DNA of 40,551 nt from a virus (Duplodnaviria; Caudoviricetes), in IMG/VR virus record IMGVR_UViG_3300033562_000804, positions 1 to 40,551 of that record; one strand, given 5' to 3'. Below the pieces are notes generated by a model. It did no database searches, was not told the DNA's origin, and saw only the letters and a program-made list of their open reading frames with translations. The position numbers were made by a program, and so were the translations under genes. Positions 26,961 through 36,628 of the stretch are shown one piece after another (within the stretch, counting starts at the first letter, position 1; the number at the start of each line of letters is the position of its first letter).

Positions 26961-27362
26961 TCACTCTCCTTTCTTTTTCTGTAATTCTTCTAAATATCTT
27001 TGTTTTGCTCTACCAAAGTATAATAGAGAGTTATGATAATCTCTGTTTTGTTTTTCTTTTAAAACTTCTTTTTTCTTTTCTTTTTTTTCTTTATCAAAAT
27101 TGTATGGTTCGACAGGATAAGTTCTATCACTAGTTGATGATTTTTTATCTCCTAGCATTTTACTTATAGATATTATTAACCTTTCGTTTAAGACTGTTTC
27201 TCCATCATGAATATACAGCCCGTTTAACCAACATTTATAATTATCGTATTCTGCTTGTCTTTTTTGTTTGCTAATAAAAGAAGTACGGAAAACATTGAAT
27301 AACTCTGGATCATTCTTCCAAAATTCTTCGCTAGTCATTCCGTACTCCAAAGCAATAGGCAT
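26961..27362 (-). CDS. Tail assembly chaperone, frameshift extension (gpT-like)
   Basis: ALEYGMTSEEFWKNDP; the frame is open upstream to the slippery site at about 27446. Confidence 0.8.
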   Translation of the reverse strand: MPIALEYGMTSEEFWKNDPELFNVFRTSFISKQKRQAEYDNYKCWLNGLYIHDGETVLNERLIISISKMLGDKKSSTSDRTYPVEPYNFDKEKKEKKKEVLKEKQNRDYHNSLLYFGRAKQRYLEELQKKKGE

Positions 27363-27421
27363 AAGATAATTGTAAAAGTAATCATAGTAGGAATTAAATT
27401 TTGGTAATTCTTCTAAATAAT

Positions 27422-27868
27422 CTACTTGTTGGTTAGGGCTTTCAATTTTTTTTGTTCTTCGATATGTTTTTGACTTATCTTAGTTGATAATTCAAAGAAC
27501 TCCCCATATTTCTCACAAATAAATTGCGTTTTAGTATCTTCTACAAAGTATGGTTCAATAATTTCAGTTACTTGATTTATATTTAGTTTATGATTAGGAT
27601 ATAGCCAAATCCAAAATGCTCTAGTTATCATTTTTTTCAAAACTTCTAACTTTTTATTTGCTTCATCTTCAATTTCTTCAAAAGAAACAACATCTGCAAA
27701 AGGATCTTCATCTTCTGCTATTTCTTCAACATGAGTATATACTTCTTTTTCTATAATCTTAATTGATTTTTGCATGTCAGTATATTTTTCAATTTGTATA
27801 GCAGAATCTCTATTAAGTTCTAATGTGTATTCAATTCCATTCAATTCTATAATTTCATTCTTTTTCAT
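27422..27868 (-). CDS. Tail assembly chaperone (gpG-like)
   Basis: Located between the major tail and tape measure genes. Confidence 0.8.
   Translation of the reverse strand: MKKNEIIELNGIEYTLELNRDSAIQIEKYTDMQKSIKIIEKEVYTHVEEIAEDEDPFADVVSFEEIEDEANKKLEVLKKMITRAFWIWLYPNHKLNINQVTEIIEPYFVEDTKTQFICEKYGEFFELSTKISQKHIEEQKKLKALTNK
27446..27454 (-). other. Programmed -1 frameshift site CAA AAA AAA
   Basis: The -1 frame reads IESPNQQVDYLEELPKFNSYYDYFYNYL and continues into MPIALEY with no stop. Confidence 0.8.
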
Positions 27869-27892
27869 ATTATACCTCTATTCTATTTTTTA

Positions 27893-28606
27893 TTAAGCAA
27901 CAATTACTAGGATACTTCTTTTGAATGAAGCAAATCCTGTTTTAGCAACAGTTACAGTTACTACTGTTGAACCAGCTGCAACTCCTGTAATAGTTAATAC
28001 TTTTGCAGTTCCTGCTGTTCCAAATGATGCAGTAGCAGTAGAATCTCCACCAACTTCATTAGCAACAGTTACAGTAGCATCTGCAGGATCAGTTACCATT
28101 GTAATAACACTAGTACCAGCGGCAGATAAAGTAATAACATCATCAATTTGATTAACAAACATTGCTGTATCTTCAACTAGAGCATAAGCATTAGGAACAT
28201 ATTCATCTGAACTTGTTGGAGTAATAGTAATTTCTCCTTGTTCAAGACTTCCTACATCAGTATTATTTAATTTGTAACTAATTTTACCACTATATTTAAC
28301 AGCAGTAAAATCTGGCAATAATCTTAAAAAATCATGAGTTTCACCTTTTAATGCTTCTAGGATAACTAAATTATCTCTATGTGCATAGAATGGTAAAGTT
28401 TTTTGTGGATTGTCTTGGCGACCTTCCTCATATGTTTTTTGTTTATTACCAACAGCAGTTTTTTCTAAAGCTTCTGGAGTAGCACCATTTTCACCAGTTC
28501 CTTCAACAGGAAGTAGTAAACTGTATTTTCCATTATCTTTTTTCATGAATAGTCCAGAGCCTCTGTGTTCAGATAATGCTCTATCTTCAATACTGTTTAA
28601 ATTCAT
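27893..28606 (-). CDS. Major tail protein with a C-terminal Ig-like domain
   Basis: Position; Thr/Val/Ala-rich LTITGVAAGSTVVTVT tail. Confidence 0.85.
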   Translation of the reverse strand: MNLNSIEDRALSEHRGSGLFMKKDNGKYSLLLPVEGTGENGATPEALEKTAVGNKQKTYEEGRQDNPQKTLPFYAHRDNLVILEALKGETHDFLRLLPDFTAVKYSGKISYKLNNTDVGSLEQGEITITPTSSDEYVPNAYALVEDTAMFVNQIDDVITLSAAGTSVITMVTDPADATVTVANEVGGDSTATASFGTAGTAKVLTITGVAAGSTVVTVTVAKTGFASFKRSILVIVA

Positions 28607-28612
28607 TTATAA

Positions 28613-29023
28613 TCATCTCCTTATTATATTTCCTCGGACATTACCTATAAGACTTTGATACTGTATAACCTTCCTTAGAACGCCTGTATCAAGGTTAGGG
28701 ATAGGTTTACACAAAGTCATCTTCATGTTTATTTTTCCCATAAAATATTTTGTAAGTTCAGTAAGTTCATCACAAATAACTTGAGATGCAATACCATTCT
28801 TATCTTTAGTATATATTTCTATTGTAAAATAAAATTCTTCATAATACTCTGTTTTACATATTGTACTAAAATCTGTGTCAGTATTATTGCTTAAAACAAA
28901 AGATACAGTAGGGAATTTAGTTGTTGTGCTTGAGTAGTGCTTAACTACATTTGGTTCGTATTGTGAATTATCTTCAATAAACATTTTATAATTTTTGAAG
29001 ATTTCTTCATATTTTACGTTCAT
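28613..29023 (-). CDS. Tail terminator / tail completion protein
   Basis: TKFPTVSF...FTIEIYTK; ATG at 29023 after AAGGTG. Confidence 0.72.
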   Translation of the reverse strand: MNVKYEEIFKNYKMFIEDNSQYEPNVVKHYSSTTTKFPTVSFVLSNNTDTDFSTICKTEYYEEFYFTIEIYTKDKNGIASQVICDELTELTKYFMGKINMKMTLCKPIPNLDTGVLRKVIQYQSLIGNVRGNIIRR

Positions 29024-29025
29024 AA

Positions 29026-29568
29026 TTACACCTTCAACTTCCCATAATATTCTTTTAACCATTTTGAAATGTTTTTTTCTATTTCTATTTTAGTATATCG
29101 ATAAATTTCCATTCCTTGATAACCATATGTACTAACTGCGTTGCCATTTTTATCTTCGAATGTCCACCCAAACATATAATCATTAACATTATAATCCCAA
29201 GCTCCTTGAACAGGATTGTTTTCTCCTACAATACCAACTCCATACTCGAAAGCAAGAGCTATACTAAAAGGATATTCAAAATCGTATGATGTTGTAGAGT
29301 TTGTTATTTCAAATCCACTTCCATCTGCATAAATGTTTGGTATGTTATTTTTTTTGTATTCTTCTATGTAGTCTAAGTTTGTATTTTTTTCTGCACCACT
29401 TGTTACTGGACTTAATCTTTGATCCATAACTTTTTTTAATGCTCTCTGTGTTTTTCTACAAAGAAAATTTGCTAATTCTATATGATTTGTACTTGCTATT
29501 TTATTAACAAGTTCTATATACTTTTTTAAATCATCTAAACCTTCAACAGTTACTTTAGTCTTAATCAT
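29026..29568 (-). CDS. HK97 gp10-like tail component
   Basis: VEGLDDL...AFEYGVGIVG...W...TYGYQG. Confidence 0.7.
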   Translation of the reverse strand: MIKTKVTVEGLDDLKKYIELVNKIASTNHIELANFLCRKTQRALKKVMDQRLSPVTSGAEKNTNLDYIEEYKKNNIPNIYADGSGFEITNSTTSYDFEYPFSIALAFEYGVGIVGENNPVQGAWDYNVNDYMFGWTFEDKNGNAVSTYGYQGMEIYRYTKIEIEKNISKWLKEYYGKLKV

Positions 29569-29569
29569 T

Positions 29570-29749
29570 TTATTTTTTATTTTTTTCTATTTTGATTTCT
29601 TTATCATTTGAAATTTTTTCTTCTTTTTTAACAAGATTTTCTTCTTGATAAATTTCAAAATCACCAGTTCCTATATATTCTCCTGCTAAACTTTTTTTAA
29701 CAAGCATTATAGCACCAGTTTTAATATTTCTTATTTTCGTTTCTCGCAT
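29570..29749 (-). CDS. 59-aa hypothetical protein (MRETKIRNIKTG...)
   Basis: AAGGAGTG RBS; fills the gap. Confidence 0.65.
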   Translation of the reverse strand: MRETKIRNIKTGAIMLVKKSLAGEYIGTGDFEIYQEENLVKKEEKISNDKEIKIEKNKK

Positions 29750-29753
29750 AATA

Positions 29754-30143
29754 TCACTCCTTTATTATTTCTTCGAATATTACCATTATTCTTATATTTT
29801 GTTCAACAAAAGATTTTACTAAATAATTTGCATTACTACCATTATATTCTTCACTATCAGGATTAGAACCATAAATGTATGCTAGATCAAATTCCTTGAA
29901 CTTACATTTATAAGATAAATCAAGGAAAGCTCTAACTAGTTTTTTCTTTGTTTCACCATAGACACTCATATATGCTTGTAAATCTTTACCTCTTAAAGGT
30001 TGATAATTTATTTTACCTAGATAAAATGGAATATCATACTTTAAAATTTGATTAAAGTTTGAATCTTCTATCATACCTAAATTTTTAGATATGTATATTT
30101 TTTTATCTTTGTTAGTAAAAATATCGTTTGGTGCAATAAACAT
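29754..30143 (-). CDS. Head closure (stopper) protein
   Basis: Position after the adaptor; NYQPL...YGE...ANYLVK. Confidence 0.65.
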   Translation of the reverse strand: MFIAPNDIFTNKDKKIYISKNLGMIEDSNFNQILKYDIPFYLGKINYQPLRGKDLQAYMSVYGETKKKLVRAFLDLSYKCKFKEFDLAYIYGSNPDSEEYNGSNANYLVKSFVEQNIRIMVIFEEIIKE

Positions 30144-30149
30144 AATTTA

Positions 30150-30506
30150 TTATACCGTTTCTAATACTATAAAACCAACGAAAGGTTCAATTTCATTAAC
30201 TAGAGATGTGCTAATATTTCCACTATCTCTAGTCCACGAAAGACCATTTTCACTATATGATTTTATACCAGATATTCCTATAAGTTTATAAAGTTCTTCA
30301 CAGCATCTTAATTGCCAATTATTATATTTTGTTGGTAATTCCATTAAGGAATAATCTTTATACGGAAATCTTAAAGATAGCGCCATAAACTTACTATCTT
30401 CAAGTAATCTATTTAATACTTCTTCGTATGTTGATTCATCACCAAATACATTTTCATCATAGACTATTCTTAGTTTTAATAATTCTAATTGTGTAGCACT
30501 ATCCAT
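30150..30506 (-). CDS. Head-tail connector/adaptor (SPP1 gp15-like)
   Basis: ELYKLIGISGIKSYSENGLSWT. Confidence 0.8.
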   Translation of the reverse strand: MDSATQLELLKLRIVYDENVFGDESTYEEVLNRLLEDSKFMALSLRFPYKDYSLMELPTKYNNWQLRCCEELYKLIGISGIKSYSENGLSWTRDSGNISTSLVNEIEPFVGFIVLETV

Positions 30507-30523
30507 AATTTATCTCCTTTTTA

Positions 30524-31687
30524 TTATCCTCTTGAAACAATTTTAGCAAGTGGAATTAGTTTGTTATTTACATAAGTACCATTTCCATCATTAACAACAG
30601 ACCAGTTAGCACCCATTTCTAATTCAGCTTTAGTAGGTGAATTAGTTGCCATGCTTGATTTTATAAATGATATGAACTTAGGAGCAAACAATTTTCTTTG
30701 TCTTGTTACTAAAGTTTCAATACCACCATTTGTTAATGCATCTCTTACCATTTCATTTGGTACACGAACTCCTACATTATCATAATCAAAGAATTTTTCT
30801 CCAAGTACATAAGTAGTGTATTTTGTATAAGCATCAGCAGTTTTTTCATAGTATGTACCAATGTTACCTACTAATGGACTGGCAACAACTGTGTATACAT
30901 AAGATCCAGCAGAACCACTTCTTGTGTAGTATGTTGCAGTTGCATCTAATTCAGTATCAGCAGTTAAAGCATAAGTAGCAGCAACATCTTCAGTTGGCAT
31001 TTCATCATCGATAACAACTAATTTACCATTGTATTGTGCTAAAGTTAATTCTCTTTCAATTCCTTGAGCATCTGTATATTTTAGATAGTTAAGTAATTGT
31101 AAGTTTTCAAGGTTTGTAGCAACAACTGAATGCATAAATGCAATTTTAAATGCTTTTTTCTTATCTCCACTTGCTTTTTGTAAAGCACTGTTCATAGAAG
31201 TAGCATCTAAGTTTGTACCAACTTCAGTAGTATGTTTAGCAACAAAGTCATTTCCTGCTGTATCAGTCATAGCGAATATACCTTTTAGAATTGATAACAT
31301 ATCATCTTGATCAATACCTTCATAGTATTCAGAAATTTCAGAAGCCATTGTAGCCATCCAATCGATTCCTGTTAAATCAGATGAAAAGTCTTTTTCAGCC
31401 CATGCTTTAGCACGACCAATAACGATTTTACCTTGTTCAAATGTTTTACGATTTGTAGCAGTGATATTAGTTACACCATCATAGTTAATAACTTCACCAT
31501 CTAATAGTCCCATTACTGGTTCTGTAAAATAGTTACCACCAACTTCATCTCTTAAACGAGCAGTCATATTAGGTTTTGGGTTTAAAAGTCCATTTTTAAT
31601 TAAAGCGTTTTCTTTAACATTAGGTACTTTTTGTGAGTATTTTTCAAATACATTTGGATTCCATGTTTTAGCATCGAATTTTGCCAT
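30524..31687 (-). CDS. Major capsid protein
   Basis: VINYDG...GRAKAWAEKDF...FMHSVVATNL...GKLVVIDD...RDALTNGGIETLVTRQR. Confidence 0.9.
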   Translation of the reverse strand: MAKFDAKTWNPNVFEKYSQKVPNVKENALIKNGLLNPKPNMTARLRDEVGGNYFTEPVMGLLDGEVINYDGVTNITATNRKTFEQGKIVIGRAKAWAEKDFSSDLTGIDWMATMASEISEYYEGIDQDDMLSILKGIFAMTDTAGNDFVAKHTTEVGTNLDATSMNSALQKASGDKKKAFKIAFMHSVVATNLENLQLLNYLKYTDAQGIERELTLAQYNGKLVVIDDEMPTEDVAATYALTADTELDATATYYTRSGSAGSYVYTVVASPLVGNIGTYYEKTADAYTKYTTYVLGEKFFDYDNVGVRVPNEMVRDALTNGGIETLVTRQRKLFAPKFISFIKSSMATNSPTKAELEMGANWSVVNDGNGTYVNNKLIPLAKIVSRG

Positions 31688-31721
31688 TTATAATCATCTC
31701 CTTATTTTCTTTTGGCATTTT

Positions 31722-32297
31722 TTAAAGTTTTGCAAATTCAGTAGGGTTTTCATTAGCATACTTAACTTGTTCTGCTTCAGATAGTTTAGTATATTTTTCC
31801 CATGTCATACCTGAATCGTTTTGATTTGCGTTTGGAATAGTAGGTTTTACATCAAGATTAGTTAAATCTTCTTGGGTTTTCTTTTTAGTTTCTTCTTTTA
31901 AAGAACTTATTTTACTAGATAATTTTGTAGCATTTGCAATAGTTTTTTCTAAATCTTCGGTAACTAATGTAGATATTATATCTTCATCATCGATAATTCC
32001 TGCTAAAATCTCTTTAGCTTTTGCGGTACTAACTATTAGTTTTGATTTTTTTAAATTTTCTGCAATTTCCTTTTTATCTAATTCCATTTTTTCCTGTGCT
32101 GACATATTTTCCTTTTCAATATCGCTTAATTTTTGTTTAATAGTATCGTAATCACTAAATTTATTCAATTCACCTTTTACTTTTGATAACTCATCTTCTT
32201 TAGCTTTGATATTAGTATGGATAGTATTCAACATATTAGTAATTTGTTCTTCAGTTGCCCCTTCACCTAAAATTTTTCTTGCTTCATCTCTTGTCAT
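31722..32297 (-). CDS. Capsid scaffolding protein
   Basis: Charged coiled coil, MTRDEARKILG...MTWEKYTKLS; upstream of the capsid gene. Confidence 0.82.
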   Translation of the reverse strand: MTRDEARKILGEGATEEQITNMLNTIHTNIKAKEDELSKVKGELNKFSDYDTIKQKLSDIEKENMSAQEKMELDKKEIAENLKKSKLIVSTAKAKEILAGIIDDEDIISTLVTEDLEKTIANATKLSSKISSLKEETKKKTQEDLTNLDVKPTIPNANQNDSGMTWEKYTKLSEAEQVKYANENPTEFAKL

Positions 32298-32362
32298 ATT
32301 TATCTCCTCCTATACAGTAACTTTTACGGCTGTTACCTAGCCAATATGTGAGATCTATATTA

Positions 32363-32438
32363 TGGTGCTGGAAGAAGGAATCAAACCCACAACCTACTGA
32401 GTACAAATCAGTTGCTCTATCAATTGAGCTATTCCAGC
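32363..32438 (-). tRNA. tRNA-Thr(TGT), CCA encoded, with atypical D and T arms
   Basis: GCTGGAA/TTCCAGC acceptor stem, GCTC/GAGC D stem, ACTGA-TTTGTAC-TCAGT anticodon arm; 76 nt. Confidence 0.85.
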
Positions 32439-32451
32439 GTTTAAGGACAAA

Positions 32452-33981
32452 TTATTGTCCTTGATTTTGTATATTAGTTATTGAACTTATCTCGTTGTCT
32501 TGTTCTTCGTTAGTTTTTACTTTATTTTTTTCAGTTTCAATTTGTTTTTCAATATTTCTTTTTTCTTCTTCGTAAGCAAGTTGTAATTTTGTTACTGAAG
32601 TAGGATCACTGAATAATCCAATTACTGAGTTTCTTATAATTGGCGGTATGTTTGCACTCATTAAATTATTAAGAGCTTGAGTTTTAACAAGTATGTTTTC
32701 ACTCATATCTCTACTAAACTTAATTTCAATATCGCTAACTTTTATATCTTTAATTAAACTATCTGCATTATTTTTACAAATTTTAATTATTGTTTTAAGA
32801 GAATTTCTATCACATTTTCTAAATGATTGTTCTTCGCCCTCAACTCGTATGTTAGCACTAGTAAATCCCTGCCCTACAAGACTTGCCGTACCTGTCTCGG
32901 CATTACTACTCTCACCAGAGTTTTGTGCCTGTGGTACGCTTAAAATACTGTGTAGAGCTGATAGTTTTCTTAAATAAAATATTTGAGTATCTAAAGATTT
33001 TAATCTTGATTGTAATATTTCTACACTTGCTTTTTTTTGATCGGTGGATTTTATAGATACAGCACCAAATTGTTTGATACTATCCATTCCTTCTTGATCA
33101 ACTTCTGCATTTGTAAAAACCATAATGCTATTTACGAATCCTTCGATATCATCCATATCTAAATTTTCAACATAGTTAATATCATTAAAAATATCTCTAC
33201 CAATTTCAATTATTCCCATTCTTTGTCTATTTGAATAATATTCAATAATTAAATGTTCGTTTAATATTATTGGTTTACTATCTCTAACTTGAAATGAACC
33301 AGACTTGTCATTTATATAATAAACTCTATTTCTTGTATAAAATGTATATTCTTTATATGGTACTATAACATTTTCCATTTCTTTAGTTTCTGGATTAAAT
33401 TGTTTAACAATATGTTCCATATTTGTTTCGTAGTAAGTTCCTAATTGTTCATGCCCTATAGAACTAGAATATACACATTCAGTTAAATGTGGTTCTAGGT
33501 TTATAAGTTCAAATGGTGATTCATCTTCAGGAGTTATTTTACTACTATTTTGATATCTAAATCCTCTACCAGTACATAAAACACTTTCATATAAATCTAA
33601 ATCAAGATAATGTTTATCTTCATAAATATTATATTTGTTTAGTAAACTTATCTCATCTTGTGCAATATCTGTTGTTGGAGAATATTGTACAGGTTTACCT
33701 AAAAGAAATGTTTTTTTCCAATCTACGAATGCATATGCCCAGTTTTCAACGGATTTATTATTTATATCTTCCCTAGTAAGTTTTATTTTGTCCTTTATAT
33801 CTTGATCACCATACATATATGCTGTCAAATACATACTTTCTGTTTTATTTTTATCATGTATTGCTATACTTCCAGATAAAACATCTATAACTTTTAATTG
33901 TTTTTCTTCAAGAGTTCCACTTAAAAACTCTTTTTCAGTATAATTAGCATATATAGCTGTTCTACCACTTAAAGTTTCCAT
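32452..33981 (-). CDS. Portal protein (SPP1 gp6-like)
   Basis: NWAYAFVDWKKTFLLGKPVQY, IIEYYSN, DIEIKFSR; position after TerL. Confidence 0.9.
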   Translation of the reverse strand: METLSGRTAIYANYTEKEFLSGTLEEKQLKVIDVLSGSIAIHDKNKTESMYLTAYMYGDQDIKDKIKLTREDINNKSVENWAYAFVDWKKTFLLGKPVQYSPTTDIAQDEISLLNKYNIYEDKHYLDLDLYESVLCTGRGFRYQNSSKITPEDESPFELINLEPHLTECVYSSSIGHEQLGTYYETNMEHIVKQFNPETKEMENVIVPYKEYTFYTRNRVYYINDKSGSFQVRDSKPIILNEHLIIEYYSNRQRMGIIEIGRDIFNDINYVENLDMDDIEGFVNSIMVFTNAEVDQEGMDSIKQFGAVSIKSTDQKKASVEILQSRLKSLDTQIFYLRKLSALHSILSVPQAQNSGESSNAETGTASLVGQGFTSANIRVEGEEQSFRKCDRNSLKTIIKICKNNADSLIKDIKVSDIEIKFSRDMSENILVKTQALNNLMSANIPPIIRNSVIGLFSDPTSVTKLQLAYEEEKRNIEKQIETEKNKVKTNEEQDNEISSITNIQNQGQ

Positions 33982-34019
33982 ATATTCACCTCGTATCCAT
34001 TTTCTCGTTTATAATGCGG

Positions 34020-34048
34020 AATATATCATATAATATTATTATTGTCAA
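34020..34048 (-). promoter_or_regulatory. Sigma-A promoter upstream of the portal gene
   Basis: TTGACA-17 bp-TATATT with extended TG. Confidence 0.7.
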
Positions 34049-34071
34049 ATTTACACAAAAAAAGAAAACTA

Positions 34072-35853
34072 TTAAAAATAGTTCCTTATATTTGGAATAG
34101 CAACTGCTCTTTGTGTTGTTGAGTTTCCTTCTATTATTTCGCTACAATAAAGAGCTAAACTATCTGGAGCATCATCATTTCTATTTGTTCCTGAGTTGTT
34201 ATATAAAGTAAGATTGTTCATTAGTAACCCTAAATGTGTTTTTATTCCAAATAATCCTTTTTTAGGAAAAACAATAGATTTTACTATATTTCCTTTTTCC
34301 ATTTCAATTCTTGTTTTCTTTGGAGTTGTATTATATTTTTCTACAATTTCACACCAATTTATTCCTAAATTTTTCAATTTGTTATCTAAGGTTTGTTTTA
34401 ATTCACTTGTAACATTACTCTCTATAACTATTTTTACTATATGATGTTCTATTATTTTACTAATAATATCTTCATACATATCTTTGGTAGCAACTTGAGT
34501 AAATAAACAGTCTTTTAAATAATGGTCATAACTATTTTCTACTTGCACTTTAGAAAGAATAGGCATCGCAAAGAAGTCTTTACCACTCTTTCTTGTAGCA
34601 TCAATAACTGCAAAGCAACCATAAACACTTGTTTCTGGCAACTGTTCATATGTTCTTAATCTATTATAACTAAAATAAAGGCTTTCTGGATCACATGGCA
34701 TTTGTTGGAAATTTGTCTCAAACAAATATTCTTCCATACTATCCTTTTCTTCTAGTATTTGTTTTGTTGTTCTAAGTTCAGGACAAGTAGTTTCTCCACT
34801 ATCATAATCTAAAGCTGGTACTTGAATTATTGCAACTCCTCCATCTTTACTTACTAAAGTATATTTATATTTAGGATGTTTTGAAAATTGGTATCTTTTT
34901 TTCATAAGTGCTATAACTAAGTCAATGAAATCTCCACTAGCCCATAATGTTCCTGTCAAAACTACTTTAGGTATCTTATTTTGAACAAATCTCTTTAACC
35001 ATACAGTTAAGAAGTTATTAAAATACTCATAGTTTGTCTTTTGATTAAGAGCTTCAAAGTGGTTTGGATAGAGGTCATCAATATGGATTCTTTTGTTAGC
35101 ACGAGTACCAACAACATTACTTTGAGTAGTTTTAGCTATATAACTAGCTCCTAATTTGCATTCTCTTAATTTCCAGTTATTTTCCGTTTCTTTTAAAAAG
35201 AAAGTTTTATCATTTTCGCTATATTTTAAATTAGGAAAAACTTCACCAAAATGTTCACTTTTAATTTCATCTATAACAAGTCTTGATCCACCTTTTACAA
35301 CATCTTCATTTGAACATAAAGATAGTATTGTTCCTGTTGGATCTATTCCAAAACACCAAGCTTCACTAACTTTTTCAGGGAATGTCTTGCCGTACCCGCT
35401 CGGTGCGTTAAATATTAAAGTGTGAAATTTAGGATTTAAAGTTATCTCTTGTAAAAAATTTATATATCCTTGCATTATTTCATATCTAGGCGCAAAGAAT
35501 TTTTCTGGTTCATCCCATTCTCTATAAATCATATAATGTTCTAAAGATATTCTAGCAGCCAATTTGTATGCATTTTTTAAATGCTTTTCATATTCAACCA
35601 TTCTCTTTGAATCCCCATCTACCTTAACTAGTAAGTCAAGCAGTGGAATATATCTTTTTATTGTAATTTCTCCGCATATTTTAGTATTATGATCAAAATT
35701 TTTAAAAAGTAAGTATAAATCTTTCATCATTCCAAATATTTCATCAAAAGATATTCTTTCTCCGTACTTTTTTAGAAAATTATTCTCTAAAATACTTAGT
35801 ATGTTTTCTATTGCGTTAAATAATTGTTTGTCAGTCAATTTTTTATTATCCAT
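34072..35853 (-). CDS. Terminase large subunit
   Basis: Walker A NAPSGYGKT, Walker B IHIDD, GTLW, FQQMP, RNDDAPDSLA nuclease motif. Confidence 0.93.
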   Translation of the reverse strand: MDNKKLTDKQLFNAIENILSILENNFLKKYGERISFDEIFGMMKDLYLLFKNFDHNTKICGEITIKRYIPLLDLLVKVDGDSKRMVEYEKHLKNAYKLAARISLEHYMIYREWDEPEKFFAPRYEIMQGYINFLQEITLNPKFHTLIFNAPSGYGKTFPEKVSEAWCFGIDPTGTILSLCSNEDVVKGGSRLVIDEIKSEHFGEVFPNLKYSENDKTFFLKETENNWKLRECKLGASYIAKTTQSNVVGTRANKRIHIDDLYPNHFEALNQKTNYEYFNNFLTVWLKRFVQNKIPKVVLTGTLWASGDFIDLVIALMKKRYQFSKHPKYKYTLVSKDGGVAIIQVPALDYDSGETTCPELRTTKQILEEKDSMEEYLFETNFQQMPCDPESLYFSYNRLRTYEQLPETSVYGCFAVIDATRKSGKDFFAMPILSKVQVENSYDHYLKDCLFTQVATKDMYEDIISKIIEHHIVKIVIESNVTSELKQTLDNKLKNLGINWCEIVEKYNTTPKKTRIEMEKGNIVKSIVFPKKGLFGIKTHLGLLMNNLTLYNNSGTNRNDDAPDSLALYCSEIIEGNSTTQRAVAIPNIRNYF

Positions 35854-36542
35854 TAGTGCCTACCTGCTTTTTTATTTGCAAAAGACTTATATTTGTTTAT
35901 TTTATTTTCAATTTGTTCCATGTCTGGTTGTTCTATTATAGTTACATGAACAGTTGGTTGTTGTTTTTCTATCATTTCATTCTGAGATTTCATTTTAAAT
36001 ATTGTAGTCCTTTCGCTAACAATACCCATTTGACTCATGGTAATATTAACATCACCAATTTCATCGTATATTTTTTCGGTTATAACTCTCATACTTAAAT
36101 CATTGCTATTTCTATATGATCTCAATTCGTTCATTGTTATTCCAGCAAGTTTGCAAAAAGATGTCAAAGAACTAGGGAAATTACCTATTTTATCATTAAC
36201 TTCGGCTAATATTTGGCAATAATAATCATATACTAATCCTAATTTTTCAGCATTATATTGTGGCATATTACTTTGGATAGGCAATATAGACTTGAAAAAG
36301 TAATTGTTTATTACTAAAGGTTTGCATTCTACTCCAACAGGATATTTTTCTCCTTCTTTAGTATATTTATAAAGTTTTCTAGTCTTTGCAAACTGTATTA
36401 TATCATCTGTTATTTTTTCTTTTTGTTGTTCTATTGTAGATAGCATTGTATCTACTTTATTATTTGTATAAAATTGTTCTAAATCTCTTAAATTGTTTTG
36501 ATTTTCTTTCATAATTTCATAATTTTCATTTTTGACACTCAT
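35853..36542 (-). CDS. Terminase small subunit
   Basis: Coupled to TerL; PSSLTSFCKLAGITMNEL HTH and TTIFKMK. Confidence 0.7.
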   Translation of the reverse strand: MSVKNENYEIMKENQNNLRDLEQFYTNNKVDTMLSTIEQQKEKITDDIIQFAKTRKLYKYTKEGEKYPVGVECKPLVINNYFFKSILPIQSNMPQYNAEKLGLVYDYYCQILAEVNDKIGNFPSSLTSFCKLAGITMNELRSYRNSNDLSMRVITEKIYDEIGDVNITMSQMGIVSERTTIFKMKSQNEMIEKQQPTVHVTIIEQPDMEQIENKINKYKSFANKKAGRH

Positions 36543-36564
36543 GTAGCACCTCCGATAATATAAA

Positions 36565-36606
36565 AATATAACATACCTTTACAAATAAGTCAAACGATGA
36601 TATAAT
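36565..36606. promoter_or_regulatory. Overlapping divergent sigma-A promoters (terS leftward, recU operon rightward)
   Basis: Minus: TTGACT-17-TATATT (36593-36565). Plus: TTTACA-17-TATAAT (36578-36606). Both have extended TG. Confidence 0.72.
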
Positions 36607-36628
36607 ATTTTAAAAGGTAGGGAAGAAA

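Noticed and set aside
32363-32438. tRNA as attP/attB or prophage boundary
   Set aside because: It is full length, lies inside the head operon far from the recombinase, and I saw no duplicated 3' end.
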